Shown in pieces: positions 27,292-41,404 of a DNA stretch of 64,000 nucleotides (the first letter of the stretch is position 1; the number at the start of each line of letters is the position of its first letter). The DNA lies in the NCBI GenBank assembly GCA_000165425.1, contig CT868052.1:124001-188000 (forward strand). Direction: 5' to 3'. The DNA is from Paramecium tetraurelia (lineage: Eukaryota). The notes under the pieces are model-generated. The model searched no databases. It had not been told where the DNA came from and worked only from the letters and a program-made list of their open reading frames with translations. The translations under genes and the position numbers were made by a program.

Positions 27292-27365
27292 GCGATATAT
27301 TAGTGTCACAGATCAGTATTTTACCAATCTCATAATAACTATATAAAATATTAATATAAACTAAA

Positions 27366-28804
27366 TCAAAAATCAAAATGTTTTTTGGCTTGTCCTCTTT
27401 CAGTGAGAGGTTGATCAGCAGTAAAATTTAATTTTTTATTGAATCTAGGAGTTGAAACTAAATGATATTTCTTTTAAGATTTCAATTCAACTTATGGTTC
27501 GGAATCAAGCAGTTTCTTTTTCGTTGGAGTAATCTGTTAGCTCATAGAAGTTGTTGGTTTGGAATTAGTTTAGTCTTGTATTGTTTATTACGAATTCTAA
27601 GATTTATATGTGTATCCATTGAAGGCTTCTTGGATCGAATCCCTTCTCAACAGTTCAGCATTCTATTTAGCCTAAGCTTCGTCTTCTGGCTCTTTAATAT
27701 TGGCAAATTTGTAATCAAAATTATCGGAATTTGACTGAATTATATCTAATCAGTACATTAATTTTATAAGGAGCTTATTTTGATTGTGTTAAATAGGCAT
27801 CCCAATCAACATTCTTAAACCAAGGATGAGCGAAAACTTCATCAGGTCCATAGAATCCCAATCTATTTACTGGTTTTCTTTGAATCATTTGATTAATAAA
27901 GTCCGCAGCGTCTTCAGACCAATCCTCTGGTATTTAATTGGTTTTAATTGTAACTTGTTTAGACAAAATTTAATCTCTGATCTCTTTTCTAGTTTTACCC
28001 AGATATGGCCTCTATTTTAAGTTCATACTTTACTTTTCCCATCATACATTCATAAGCTATTACTCCAACTGCAAAATAATCGGATGCTACTCCATGAACT
28101 TATCTACACATAACTTCAGGAGCCATATAGCCAGGTGTTCCACTTGTATCTCCATCATTCCCTGGCTTCCAAATTCTTGCAATGCCAAGATCAGTCAGTC
28201 TCAAATATCCTTTTGGGTAATTTTATATATTTACCATTTCTATCGAATACTAAATTTTCAGGTTTGATGTCTCTATGTATAACTGTATTGTGATGGAGAT
28301 ACTCCAGGGCTAGAAGCAGACAGATGATGAAAAATTCTAGTGGTATTGAATAGTTTGTTTACTTGTCTATTCTTCATTAAACTTCCTATTTTTACAGATG
28401 TGAAATCTAAGGTCACCTCCAGTCATGAGATCCATTACCAAGTAGAGACTTTCTCGATCTTGAAATGCTGTATGCATATTTACTAAAAATCTAGTTAAAC
28501 AAATTTCATTACGGATGTCTGAGATTGCTTAATAAGTATCTCTCATTCATCACAGAACCAATACTTTTTTTATTAATAATTCTATTATAAGCATTGCAAA
28601 TATCAATACTTGCATTTCTACATTTCTTTGATAGCAAATTGATGTTTGGTTTTCTTATGTTCAGCTCTCCAGACTCTTCCAAATCCACCTCTTCCTATAA
28701 CATACAAAAAAGTATAATCGCATTTATTAGGCACTAGAGTAAAGAGTGCATTTACATTTAATTTCGCCTGCATTTAGATCACGAGTATTATTGCAATTGC
28801 CCAT
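27366..28804 (-). CDS. AGC-group Ser/Thr protein kinase with N-terminal MGNC
   Basis: IGRGGFGRVW, FAIKEM, HRDIKPEN, LTDLGIA, GTPGYMAPE, DYFAVG, HPWF; many tiny introns. Confidence 0.92.
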
Positions 28805-28839
28805 TAAATAAAAAAAATATAGATAAATTTTAATCGAGT

Positions 28840-30007
28840 TCATAATTCATATTTCGTATAACCTTTCTAGTTGATATCCTCTTCTTTGACTATAATCTAT
28901 TGTTGCTGTATTTGTTGAATGTCAAGAATATTTTTGACGTATTTTTGAGGTCCCAAAAGCTAGACCATTTAATGTTTGAGTTTTTCAAGTTTTTCTGCCT
29001 CTCTCTTTATGTATTCGTAAGACTTGGCCATATCAAAGGCAGCTCTAATTTAAGAATAAATATTACAGTTCAAATTTTTTATAACTTTAGGTGAACTATT
29101 GTTAGAATTCGATCAATTGTTTGATTTCCTATTGTTCTCCGACTTTGAAGATGCCAAGATCTAAAATGATTGTGTGATTAATTACTATTAATTGCTGTTT
29201 CAATTGTTTTTTTCAAATCGAAAGGCAAGATGTGATCGACCAGAGTATTAAAGATGATATTACATAGATAATCTCTTTTCTCGGAATTGACTCCAAATTC
29301 ATCATCCAAAATTTACAATTGCTTTTTGGTGATGTTCTAAGTGAGAACTTAGAATTAGTTTTAATAACTTAAATTAAAATCGGATATCTAATTATAGTGA
29401 ATTAAGAGTATTACAAGAGAGGGTATCTTGACACAGTGATTTATGAATATATTCTGTTAGTCAAGGTTTTTTTGGAGAACTTCGATTTGTTTGCCTAATT
29501 CGGCTACCTTTAATTCAAGAAGTTCCACATATATTTTCTTACGTTTTCTAGAGTCTCTTGCAGACTGTCTGTTCTTGGCTAGCTTTATTTTGTTGCTGTC
29601 ATCGAAACCTTGTTCCTCGTGATAGTATCCATTATCTTTGTCAAATTGTTTCTTTGTTTTAAGATAAGTCTTTTATCTATATTGTATATTATTTTATATT
29701 ACTCTTTTTTAATTGCCAAAGAAGATTCTTGGCAAGTGGGGGCAATTTCAATCAAAGAGTTTATTTTATTAACATATACACTTTTAGAATAGTTTACATT
29801 AAATAAGTCTTTGTTATTATTTATGATTGATTCATTATGTTTGTCGAGTTGTCTGTACTTCCTTATTTGATCATGATGAGGAGGGGAAACTTGCTGATGA
29901 TCTTCCTCTCCAAACATCCATTTGTTTGTCATTTGATCAAGTTCATAAGAGGAATTAATTAATTAGACCAAGGAATCTGAAGGGATGATGTCGTAGGTAG
30001 CTTTCAT
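28840..30007 (-). CDS. bZIP transcription factor
   Basis: Basic region and zipper KIKLAKNRQSARDSRKRKKIYVELLELKVAELGKQIEVL. Confidence 0.85.
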
Positions 30008-30083
30008 TTAAAAATTTAATTGAAATAATATTATTATACACCTATGAAGATTGATTTAATGTATTTAATAATGATAATAACGA

Positions 30084-30252
30084 TGATGCAAAATTCTTAA
30101 AAAATGATAAATTTTATCATTTCGCAGCATCACAATTATATTACGCAATATAATTAAAAAATTAATGAATAAACCAACATTATTCTATATTAATGCAAAT
30201 ACGAGGAAGTTGTAAAATTTAAAAAGCTGTCCTATAAACTCAAATGCACGTG
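30084..30252. promoter_or_regulatory. Candidate cluster of bZIP-type binding sites in the 5' region of the bZIP gene
   Basis: TGATGCAA (30084), ATTACGCAAT inside a 9-bp inverted repeat (30134-30155) and CACGTG (30247), all in an otherwise AT-rich gap. Confidence 0.35.
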
Positions 30253-30329
30253 TAACTGTAAATTCAAATTACTATAACTTTATATGTATTCAATATTTTG
30301 TAAATCAAATTTATTTATAATGCTCAAAA

Positions 30330-32141
30330 TCATTGTTCCGATAAGTAGCTGACTATCGAACTTAATGCAATTGTTAAAGTTGTAATGAAAATAAAAAATA
30401 CTGAATAAATAAAGAAATAATAATATGCTAAATTTTTAGTCAGTTTGAACCTCAGAATAAACAATAAATAAATACTTCTTAGTGATTACAACAATGCATG
30501 TCATTATGATATTCATTAACGAAAAGATGATCACACAATAAGCAATAGAATTATTCATCCTAGTTATAATCTACATTTAATGTCCAATATATTTACAATG
30601 TCTGTTTATGAGCCACTCTTTGCATCTCTAAAAAGATCAAATGAGACTATTCCTGGATATTTCTCAATTGCAGTCAACCTAACCAAAGCACCTCCAAATC
30701 CACATAACATATTAAAGACAGTTCCCGAAAAGCATCCTGTCATAGCCATCAATCCATATCCAATTGATGCTAATTTGGTATTCACTAAGAAATCGCAAGT
30801 AGAGTTTCCAAATGCCAAAAATGTCATGCCCAAATATGAGTAACTCACTCCTGTAATTGTTTATATTAGCTAAATTATAATTAAGTAATTCTTACCAAAA
30901 TGAAATCAATCAAAACCTAAATAACTTATTTACACCAAATAATTGAACACACAACACATTCAATTGACAAGATAATAATAGGAATTTCAAATATTAATTA
31001 ATAGATAAACAATAACAAACCGAAAACTTCCAAAATTATCCATACTTTGATATCATAGATTTCCATTGAAAATGCTATAAAATAAGTATTGTCTATATAA
31101 AATACATCCCAATAAAGCTATCATTGCAATTGGACATAAAAGTTGATGAATAGCTGCATATTTTTTATCATACTTTTCTTGATTGCTTGCAGGAATTGTG
31201 ACTTTTCTAACGAATTCTAATGAGGTTATATAAACATATTTAAGCTTTGAGATAAAAGTCATTTCTCCAAAGGGTTTCTTGAAAGACTCAGGAATTGATT
31301 CTGCCAATTCCTTTTTTATTTCTTCATCAGCATTTTCAATGGCTTGGTTTCCTTCCTCTGCCTGAGCCAACAATTTTTTTTCCTCTTACTCTTTTCTTTC
31401 TTCTATTGAATCTATCTCATCCTATCTCTATTCTATAAGTTAATCACTTCATCTTACATTTTTTTATACTATTTTCATTCACCAATACTACGATGATGTA
31501 AATCACGTATAATGAACAAAATCCAATAGCCATGTAATGATTAATTTGTCCAATAAATGCAAATATCATCAACAATATTATGGCAACTCCATTAAATAGA
31601 ATGTCTCTCATAAATGGCACTTTCTCTGCCTTAAAATTGTTATCAATATCAATACTTTCACTACTCCTGACAATAAAATAACGGCACCTACTATTATTGT
31701 TGTCATAAATAGACCACTGCCAAATATACTCCCAACGGCTATCAATATACCATCATCGTCCTATGAAGCTAATACTGCACATAAAAAGTCGGGCACACCA
31801 TTTGCAAATGCTATCAAAGTTACACTTCATATTTATTTTGTATTTACCCTGCAAAAGTTTATGACATTTTGAAATACTCCGCAATAAAAGTCACTGCAGG
31901 TGATAAATAGTCATCTACAGTCCTTGCTAAAAAGTTGAACAGTATGAAAAACAAGAATGGCTATTAATAATTAATTCAATTCTTATACAGCAATGAGTAT
32001 TAATATCACCCAATTTTCATCAAGTTGACAGAAATAATAATGTGTAAATGGAAATATAGTTTAGTCGTTGCAATTATCTTTTGTATATTGACAACTATCA
32101 TCTGCTGCTTTTATTAATGAATAAAGGCAAGTGTTAGCCAT
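30330..32141 (-). CDS. Cation/Ca2+ exchanger (CaCA superfamily, NCLX/CCX type)
   Basis: Alpha-1 AGVTLIAFANGVPDF and alpha-2 LGMTFLAFGNSTCDF repeats, multiple TM segments and a Cys-containing N-terminus. Confidence 0.88.
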
Positions 32142-32652
32142 TCTGAAAAACGAATATATAAATTATTATATAATTTTATTCCTCAATTCAAATAAAATCA
32201 AAACTTTTCTTTCTCTTTCCTTTAACCTTTAACCTTGTGTATTATCTAATTTAAATCCTTCAACTATTGGGGATCCTAATCTCAAATACTCCACTTCACT
32301 ATTTTCTATGTGTTTATAAATTTGTTTAAAGAAATTACAATACAATTACCTACAAATATGTAAAATAACTAAAGATAATGAAAATAATTTGCCAAAATGA
32401 TGTACTTTTGAAAATTAAGTATGTTATATAAATATATTATTAAATAAATATATACTCCTTTTAATTTCTAAATATATATTAAACCATTTATTATTTTAAT
32501 ATATTCTTATTTCGTCATCAAAATAATTTTTCTTCTTTTGAATATGTTACTCCATAATTTTTAGGCTCATTCGTTCTTCATAATTTGCATAATGCATCCA
32601 GATTATAGAATTAGATATGATCTCTAATTTAAATAGTTTCATTTTTATTTGA

Positions 32653-35600
32653 ATGATTTGGAAGCAAGCCTAATTTAAAAGGAGTTATCATCATTAATCT
32701 GAGCAATTCACTGGCATTTAATTAATTTTAATGAATATCAGGATATCTAGACAAATATTAATTGATTTAATAGATAGACTAATTGTTAAACAATTATATT
32801 ATTTAATTACAAATTTGCACAAACCATGTTACTAGAAAAAGCAGTAAGATGTGATACAATATTAGTTAAAAGAAGAAGACGAGTATAAAAGATTGCAAAA
32901 ACTGTCTTTAGGAATTAGAGACCTGACTCTTAGAATTTCTACTCTACAAAGCTTTAATGACATTTTATCATTAAAATTATGTATTAACTGATAGTTCTAT
33001 TAAAGTGATTTGCGCTTATCCATTTCAATAACGAAGCGTCGAGCTACTAGTTTCAATATTATTTGACCGATTTAAGGATCAATAATTTGTGAACACATTT
33101 TATTAGGCCGCATAAGAAGTTGCACAATTACAAGAGTAAAGGATGGTACTAAGTTAGAAATCCTTATCTAAAATTTCATATGTGTAAGTATTATATAATA
33201 TTCAAGTTACAATTCAATGACAGAATTGAGAAAAAACTCTCAAAATGCATCGTTTTCAAAGCCAGTAACTCGAAAACTCTTAGAAGCCAAAAAGTTTTGC
33301 GTCTAATATTTGAAGTAGATTTTTTAAATGGCAAACGATTTGAAAATGGATATAGAAAAATTAGCGAGAATTTTTTAAATATTTATAAAAAGTACTTAAG
33401 ACCAAGAATTTCGACTAACAATAATATCAATCTTTAATGAATGCAAACACGAGATCTTTGGAAACAGAGAATGGGTAACTACTTATTACGAAGAAATCGA
33501 TTAATGTATAACCAATATTTACATCTAATAGACTTCTTATAAAATCACATTCGTATACCAAAACATAGCATTAATGATAACATTTCAGATAAACTAAGCA
33601 GAGTTAGCTTCAAAATTATTGATGACCAAGTTAGTTTTGATAGTGATGAAAGTGTAGAAGAGAAAATAGAATTGTAGATTTAAAAATGGTTATGTGATAC
33701 AGACACATATGATATTCAAGAACTAAATGATATTTTGAATGGTTCTGAATATTTTAGTGATCTTATTAAATATGTCACTCAACCACAAAAGTGTGAGCTA
33801 ATCAAATGTTGGGTATGTGCATATTGCAATATATTATAGGATAAACATGAATTGCAAAATACAGAAATTAGAGATAACACCTATCATAAATATAGCTAAA
33901 AAAGTCTAAGCTTTTAATAGACCATTAGATCTTATAAGGCTCTTTAAGTTTTAATAAAGGAGGAGAATGTTGCCTTTTTTAATTAACACATTCCTCAAAA
34001 TGTAATTTAAATATGTAATTTCAAATGTTATTATTTAGTTAATGGAATTTATGATTTAATTAATGATTACAGTATTAATGCTAATCTCTATCATATAGCT
34101 TAATTAATTGATAATACTTTGTTGAGGGAACCTAAATTGGGGGTAGTTTAAATTATTGATTTGAATCTCTTTTTTTCTTTAACCTAATATATTTATAATC
34201 CAATGATATCATCGATTTTAGAGAGTAAAATTTTAACTAAATATTTAGATATAATAAATATTAATATTGATAAATATTAATTGGGATCCTTTTTTTAAGA
34301 ATAACTATGGAAATATTTATCTAAAACTAATTGGTTCAAATTTATTGGTTAATTGATTTCAAAGGAGCGTTCTTAATCAGGAATTGATTAAGGATCAAAA
34401 GGTGAAGTGACCTTAACCATTTTATCAACTCTTAAGGCACTATCTCAATATGACTCAAAGTAACATTAAAATTTAGGTGTGCATTCTGAAGAAAAAGTTA
34501 AGTTAACTAATTTTTTGGGATCTCTACAAGCCGGCAAGACCCCGGAAATGTTTTATACAATAAATCAATAAAATTGGCAATTAAATTTAGATGTTCATGA
34601 GAATATCAACATAAAATAAATACATGTGTAAGACATTGACAATTTAAAATAATTTAATTAAGAAAGGAATAACAACCAATTTGTTAAATAATATTATTAG
34701 GATTTACGAAATTAGAGATCAAGAAAATCATTGATTAGTTTGAATGATTCTAATATGAATTCTTTTGTGGGTAATAGCTTTTTGGAGGATAGGAATGTTG
34801 TATTTAAATAATCAATAGATTCAAATACTTCAATCAATAATTATAATCCAAAACATAACATATTGATTAATATAAAAAAGAATTAAGCCAAATTTCAGGA
34901 GAAATTCGCATAATCAAATTCATTTTAATCAACTCCATCTCAATAAGTAGAATCTCCTGGATTGTAGATATTAACACAAATTTAAAGATTCGATGTAAAT
35001 GAGGATTCAAAACCAAAGGCTTTAAGTAATCAAAAAAAATCTCCCTTTTTATACAATTAAAGTAAGTTAAGGCTTAAAACTGAAGGAAACAGCACATTCG
35101 AAGGGTTTTCTAGTTCTAAACTCAAAACCATTTACCCAAGTTATAAAACCTAGATAAAAAATACAGAATATTAAAAATAATTGGAAAATCTAGATTTCAA
35201 TTTTCATTACTTTTTGGATGGTTTAAGATTATTATAGCAATCCACGAAAATAATGATAGATTTCTTAAAATTTAATAAAGAAAAAGTTAAATAGACATTA
35301 AACAGATTAGATATCGCTTCTATTTGCAAATCTTTTTTAAACGAGGAATTGTTTAATAAATATTTCTAATTTTATTTGTTAAATATATTAGATATCAAAA
35401 AAAATGAGTATAACATATCTGATGAATGTGGAGTCTTTATTAATTTCATTTTCGAAAATATCATCGAAATAAAATAATTATGTGAGTGTTCATAAAATAT
35501 ATGCAATAGTTTTATGAAATCAATCGAATATCTTTGTAAAATAATATTTGATATTCATAAAAACCCTAATGGCTTAGATGGTTCAACTCTTAAATTTAAG

Positions 35601-36350
35601 AAAACTCTATTAATAACTACACTTAATTATGGATTCTAATTAATCCATCAAACTAATTAAGAGTTGACGGAGAGATACATCTTAAAATACCTCAATGAAA
35701 GTGTTCTTCATATTCTAATAATTTGGTTCTTTGATAGCCATGCAAATAATGTATTCTAGAGAAATTTCTACATGTAATTACATCATTTATATTCAGTTTT
35801 CTAAATCATATCCTTGAGTAGGCTCCCTCCTCATTGATTTCAACTATAATTTTTAAGATAGGACTGGTTTCATCCTTGTAGAATGCATATTCAAAGTTTT
35901 ATGTAAATGGAATTAAAAATAACGCTAACTTTGAAGATTTGTGTTACTACATCAAATTTATAACATAACTGATTATGAGCGTAAAGAAATAATTGATTTA
36001 TGTAGGTCATAAGAAGAAGAAACTTGATTAGCATAGAAAGGAATCTGGAGACAATGGAATCATGGAATATTTTAACCAATGGAAAGTCCTATTTGCAACC
36101 ATTACTATTATCAAAGAATAAGTCATAATTCTCTTTTTTAGAAAACTAAATATCACTAGAAAAATGTTCAAATGGATAAAATATCTAGAAATAAATAGAC
36201 AATAAATTGAAAGAAAAGAGAGTTAGTGATGTTGTTGGATTAAGGTAATAGAATTAAATAATTAATAGAAAATCAATAAATTTGACAAAGCTATTACCAT
36301 TAAGTCCTGGCATGCCTAATAAAATACAATAATAAAGTGTAAAAACCTGA
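32653..36350 (+). CDS. Large helical protein, possibly SIT4/PP6-associated (SAPS-like); start uncertain
   Basis: About 3.6 kb open in the ciliate code. DLIKYVTQPQ and ILIIWFFDSHANNVFQ weakly resemble SAPS motifs (FF.Y.WNNFLH). Confidence 0.45.
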
Positions 36351-36504
36351 CTTGTTCTGCTCTTTGTAATTAATTCTGATTAAATATTAATTCAGTTAAA
36401 TTATCATTGATTAACATCTTATGAGTATTAATCCAGAAAGTACGATGTCTTCGAGAAATAAATAAAGAATTCTAGTTTTTAAATTTAATATTATAATTAA
36501 GAAA

Positions 36505-37602
36505 ATGGATTCTTAAGCTAAAGTTTCACCTGATAAACGTGACACTCTTTAATTGTTCTAAAAAGTTAGTTAAAGTGATTAAAAATCAAGTTACTAGATT
36601 AATAAGGAAAATATGGATCCTCAAATATCATGTCAGATTTAAGAGGTACCCAAAGAAAAACGTAGAAGATTTAGGATGCCGCAGGAAATATTTAGTAGCA
36701 AGAAAAAATATGATATTTTAAAACTTACTAAGCAGAATAGCGATAAAAATTATGAATTTATTGTTATTGACGAGGAATAACTTGGAATTCGTAAGGAATT
36801 TTCTGAGAAAATAAGAGATGTTTATGATTAAGATGATGATGTGGATACTACTGATAGTGTACTATAATAATTGAAAGAAGTGTGTTTAAATGATCTAATC
36901 GATGGAGTTAGACAAAATTAACCTGAGTCGGTACCAAATATCATTAATTTATGGAGAGTGAAGAGACATTATGAAATATTGGATAGGGATGAAAATGAAG
37001 ATATAAAAAATTGATAAGCTAGTTTATGATATAAAATTTATAATATGTAATATAAACAGGAATTTAGTATATCCATTGGACAACTTGAAGAGGACTTAAA
37101 CTGTGATGAAACATCGCCTTCTCGATAATTTGATTCGTTTAAATTAATCAATCAAATGCCTATAAAAACTAAGGATTCTGTAGAGCAGAAATTTAAGTAA
37201 ATCAAAAGAAGAATGAATCATCACAAATCTGATATTCATAGACCTGCTTAACTTCAATGTGTTGATTAAAAAAATAATTAGACTGAGAAAAGAGGAGCTA
37301 CTTATGAAAGATTGCCTAGTGACTTACAAATAGATTCATAAATTAGATAAGCGAAAAAAAAGAACATCAAAGTTTCAGAGTAATGTCTTAGTAGAAATAA
37401 TGTATTAGAATCAAATTCATCATCCTATAGTTCAAAATTGGGTTCAAAACAAAATTGTGTTAAGGGGATTTTGAAGAAGTAAACCCTTGATTCTTCATTT
37501 TCCGATAATAACTCAAGGAGTAGTAGTATAAGTAGTAAGAAAAGTGTTAAGTTTAACTTATCGAAACCAGAAGTCAGAATGACATTGAATTAATGGAAAT
37601 GA
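36505..37602 (+). CDS. Hypothetical low-complexity protein (~365 aa)
   Basis: Uninterrupted ORF MDSQAKVSPDKRD...KGILKK...KKSVKF...QWK*. The GILK and KSVKF strings resemble PP1-docking SILK/RVxF motifs. Confidence 0.6.
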
Positions 37603-37682
37603 TTACTTTTGATGGAATTCATCTTTTAATTCTAAATGAACAATAATTTTTATTACTCAATAATTATTTATTTGTTTATACA

Positions 37683-40415
37683 ATGGCTTGCTCATATGTA
37701 TTTTCTGATGACAAATCTTTCCTCTAAGATTTGGATTACATGTTAGAATAGTCAGATTAGTGTCCTTCCTTGCTAAAATGTTAATCATGCTCCATTTAAT
37801 TATAAAAATAATAATCAGATGCTAAATCTAATGTATCCTGTGCAGATTTGGTTGATTTGGAGAGAGGAGGTAAAACTACATAATTATACAAGGTTGCATT
37901 CTCCAAACCAAGTTGGGTCCAATTTAATATGGTATGCCTCCAGAAACAATAAAGGACTGTTTAAATCTAGGAATGGAAGTTCCAACATTTTATATAATAC
38001 CATCAAAAAGGTATGAAATTTAGAGATGATTAGATTCGATAAAAGACTCGGAATCAGCACTGCTGAATTTGAATTTCCAGCTTATTTTAATTTCTTCTGT
38101 AAAAAGAAGTAAATAACATTAATTTGTACTGCCGATACAGAAAAAGCAATCCGAACTGTGTTTTAAGAAACTTTGTTAGGTCCAGTGGATCATCCTGATT
38201 TAGCACTTGATTTCTACCATAAATTTCCGAAGAGTGCCTACCCAGATTTTCATAAAGAAAGAAGTGTGTTCTCAAGAAATCCATCAAATTTGGATGAAAA
38301 ATTAACAATTGACCATTTATTAAAATTCTGTTTATTCGATGAAAACAATACAGCAACCATAACCGAAGGAGAGATTATAATTAAAATAATAAAGGATAGC
38401 AATTCATTTAAAATCTTAGAAAATGGGATATATCTGAAAAGTATTTAAGATACGTTTACATTCCCCTCATAATATTATGAATACATTGTCACAAAACCAG
38501 ACGACTATAGAGCTGAGAGCATGAAGAACATTAAATCTAAAAGGGATGCTGCAAAAGAGTCATGTCCTACTCCTTTATTAGTTAGACAATTACCTGAGAT
38601 GACGGTTGAATAAAAGGTGGAAAATTGGGTTATTGGTAATAAATACTAAAGGGGTGGTGAAAAGAAATTATCAGTTGTTTTATGGGATCAAATGGGAGGA
38701 CATGTTGAAAGTGGTTCAGCTATATTGTAATTAGATATCGATGAAAATAAATCATTTACACCTCCAGATTTTGGGGTTACTATTCTAGGATGTGTAATTA
38801 TAATATCTTATATTTCTTTAGTCACATGGATTTGATCCAAAAGGATCAACTTCAGGTTATATTTTTTGGGTTAATGGAAGAGGAATCATGGTAGATCCAC
38901 CTCCATTTGCTTCTTATCATATGAAATAGATGGGAATCCCTTCAATATTAATATGTGCAGTGATTATTAGTCACTGTCATGCTGATCATGATGCTGGTAC
39001 ATTCCATAAAATATTGGATGATACTAGAGTAGAAATCATAACAACCAGAACTATTATGAATTCTTTTTTAAGAAAATATTCTGCAATGTCAAATATTGAT
39101 ATAGATTCCTTAAGAAAATTATTTATATTTAGGTATTTCTTAGAATTATCCCTAGGCCTGCTATCATTGGAATTCCTTTGAATATTTACGGAGCCTATTT
39201 TAATTTCTTCTATGCCATGCACACCATCCCAAGTCTGGGATTCAGTGTCAAATTAGAGAATAAATCAATTTATTTCTCAGCTGATACGTTCTTTGATCCA
39301 GATTAATTGTTAGTCTATAAAAATTAAGGAATTCTCTCACAAAAAAGATATGAACACTTGGCTTTCGTAGAATTCAAGGAGGATTTAATTCTTCATGAAG
39401 CAGGAGTACCTCCTATTCATACTGCACAATCTGTTCTTGGCAAATTACCAAATAGTATTAAAAATAGACTTTATCTTGTTCACACAGCTTAAAAGGACCT
39501 CAAAAAAGAATTAGGGTTAAAGATTGCCAAAACTGGTATAGAAAATACAATGATTTTAATACCAAGTAATACCAATAAGCATTTGACAACCATTAGAAGA
39601 CTTGATCTACTTTCAACCATTGATATTTTTGAGCATTTGACCTTAAAAAATGTAAGATGGCTTTTAGATTCAGTTACTTCTGAAGAGTTCTTTCCAGGAT
39701 AAGATGTTATTAAAGAGGGTATGGCTGGGGATAGATTCTATATTATTGAATCAGGACTAGCAAGAGTTTATTCAACATAGAAAGGCTAAGAATTCGAAAG
39801 ATACTATTAGGTTGGTGACTATTTTGGAGAATCTGCTGTGTTATCAAATGAAGGAAGAAGAGGAGCTTCGTAATTATAATTAATAATTTTATTAGTGTAG
39901 AAGCTGTTACACATCTTAAGGTTCTTATTTTGGAAAAACATGATTTCTGGTTTATTTTTGGGGATGGACTGGGTGGACAAGGTCCTATCATTCAAAAAAT
40001 GAAATAATTGACTGCTGCTAGACGATCTAAAGCTGTTCATTGTCTATTTAAGAATTCGATCTTATCTGAATTAACTCCTTCATAAAAAACACAATTAGAA
40101 ATGATAATGAGAGAATAAGAAATTGAAAAAGGGACTGTGCTTTGGAAAGTTGGAGATAAACCAGAATTCGCTTTTATTATTAAAAGAGGAACATTTGCAT
40201 TTTACGATTCTCCTGAGTAAGATCTGGAAGAATTAGATTCAGGAGCCTACGTTGGAGAATTAAAGGCTATGATTGAAAACACTGCTATTTCAACATCTAT
40301 TAGAGCAACTAGAAAAGCTACAATCTTTAAGATATCCAGAAAGGATTTAATTAGTTTTGCCAATAAACATCCTGGAATCTATATGATTTTAATTGATACC
40401 AAATATTTAGAATGA
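37683..40415 (+). CDS. Metallo-beta-lactamase-fold cyclic nucleotide phosphodiesterase with two C-terminal cNMP-binding domains (Dictyostelium PdeD/PdeE type)
   Basis: GPIQYGMPPETIKD, AEFEFPAYFNFF, SHGFDPKGSTSG, HCHADHDAG, MHTIP, LHEAGVPPIHT. cNMP domains GDRFYIIESG...GDYFGE...RGASV and GAYVGE. Confidence 0.85.
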
Positions 40416-41404
40416 ATAATATTAATTACAAAAATATATTGATCTGTTTAGAAAGATATTTAATATTTTAATTTTTCTAGTGAATGATTCACAGTTTAAA
40501 ATTTACTTGTAATAAAATACAGAATTGATATTTGAATCAAAGGAGGAAGAATGGATCTGAAGAAAATCTATTTCATTTTAAGTAATCATCTATTATATTT
40601 AATTTAATTTTATCCAAGATATAATTATTTAAGTTTTGATTACAATGATTCGGAATGAGTATTTATAATGAATACCTAAAAAGGTCATCCAGATGGTGGA
40701 GATGATTTCTGAAAATATTTGTTAATTCTAATCTAATTCTGATTTTTGCTTATAATTTTATGAGAAATTTATAAGAAATGTTTCGAAATTCTTTTATGGG
40801 ATTAGTTTCTATCCGAATTTATTTTATCAATATTGTAATTGTAAACATTAATTATACATATTAGTAAATAGATTGAATTTAAAAATAATAATATAAATGA
40901 TAATATATCAGTATGATTAAATATTCTGCAAATTTAATTTCATAAAAAGAATTGAATGATATGATTGACTGATTTTGAATTGGGTTGTTTATTGTTTACA
41001 ACTTAATATTTAAATACTTTTCTTTGCAATACTTAATTGGCTTATATAACAACAAGTTAAGCATGAGAATTCTTTTATTTAAAGATATTATGTATAGTAA
41101 TAATAAAAATATTGTTGTTTATGAGAAATATTGTTTAAAATTATAATATTATTAAGTTTTAGATGTAATTAATGATTAATAAAATTACTCGAATTAAAAA
41201 TAATATTTGATCCGAACATAAATGTGAATAATATATAACATCAATTTAAATTTCATCATTAATCAATATCGAAATGAATTATTGCAAAGAATAACATAAA
41301 TTTAATGAATTGGCTAATCATGTGATAATTTCTGTTTTACAATAAGGTTTGTTTTTTTACCAGTTTAATTATATAAATTAATTAAGAAACAATATTGATT
41401 ATAA

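Noticed and set aside
40660..40712. KGHPDGGDDF* fragment resembling a PTC7-type PP2C motif
   Set aside because: Too short, followed by TGA, and no other motifs were found.
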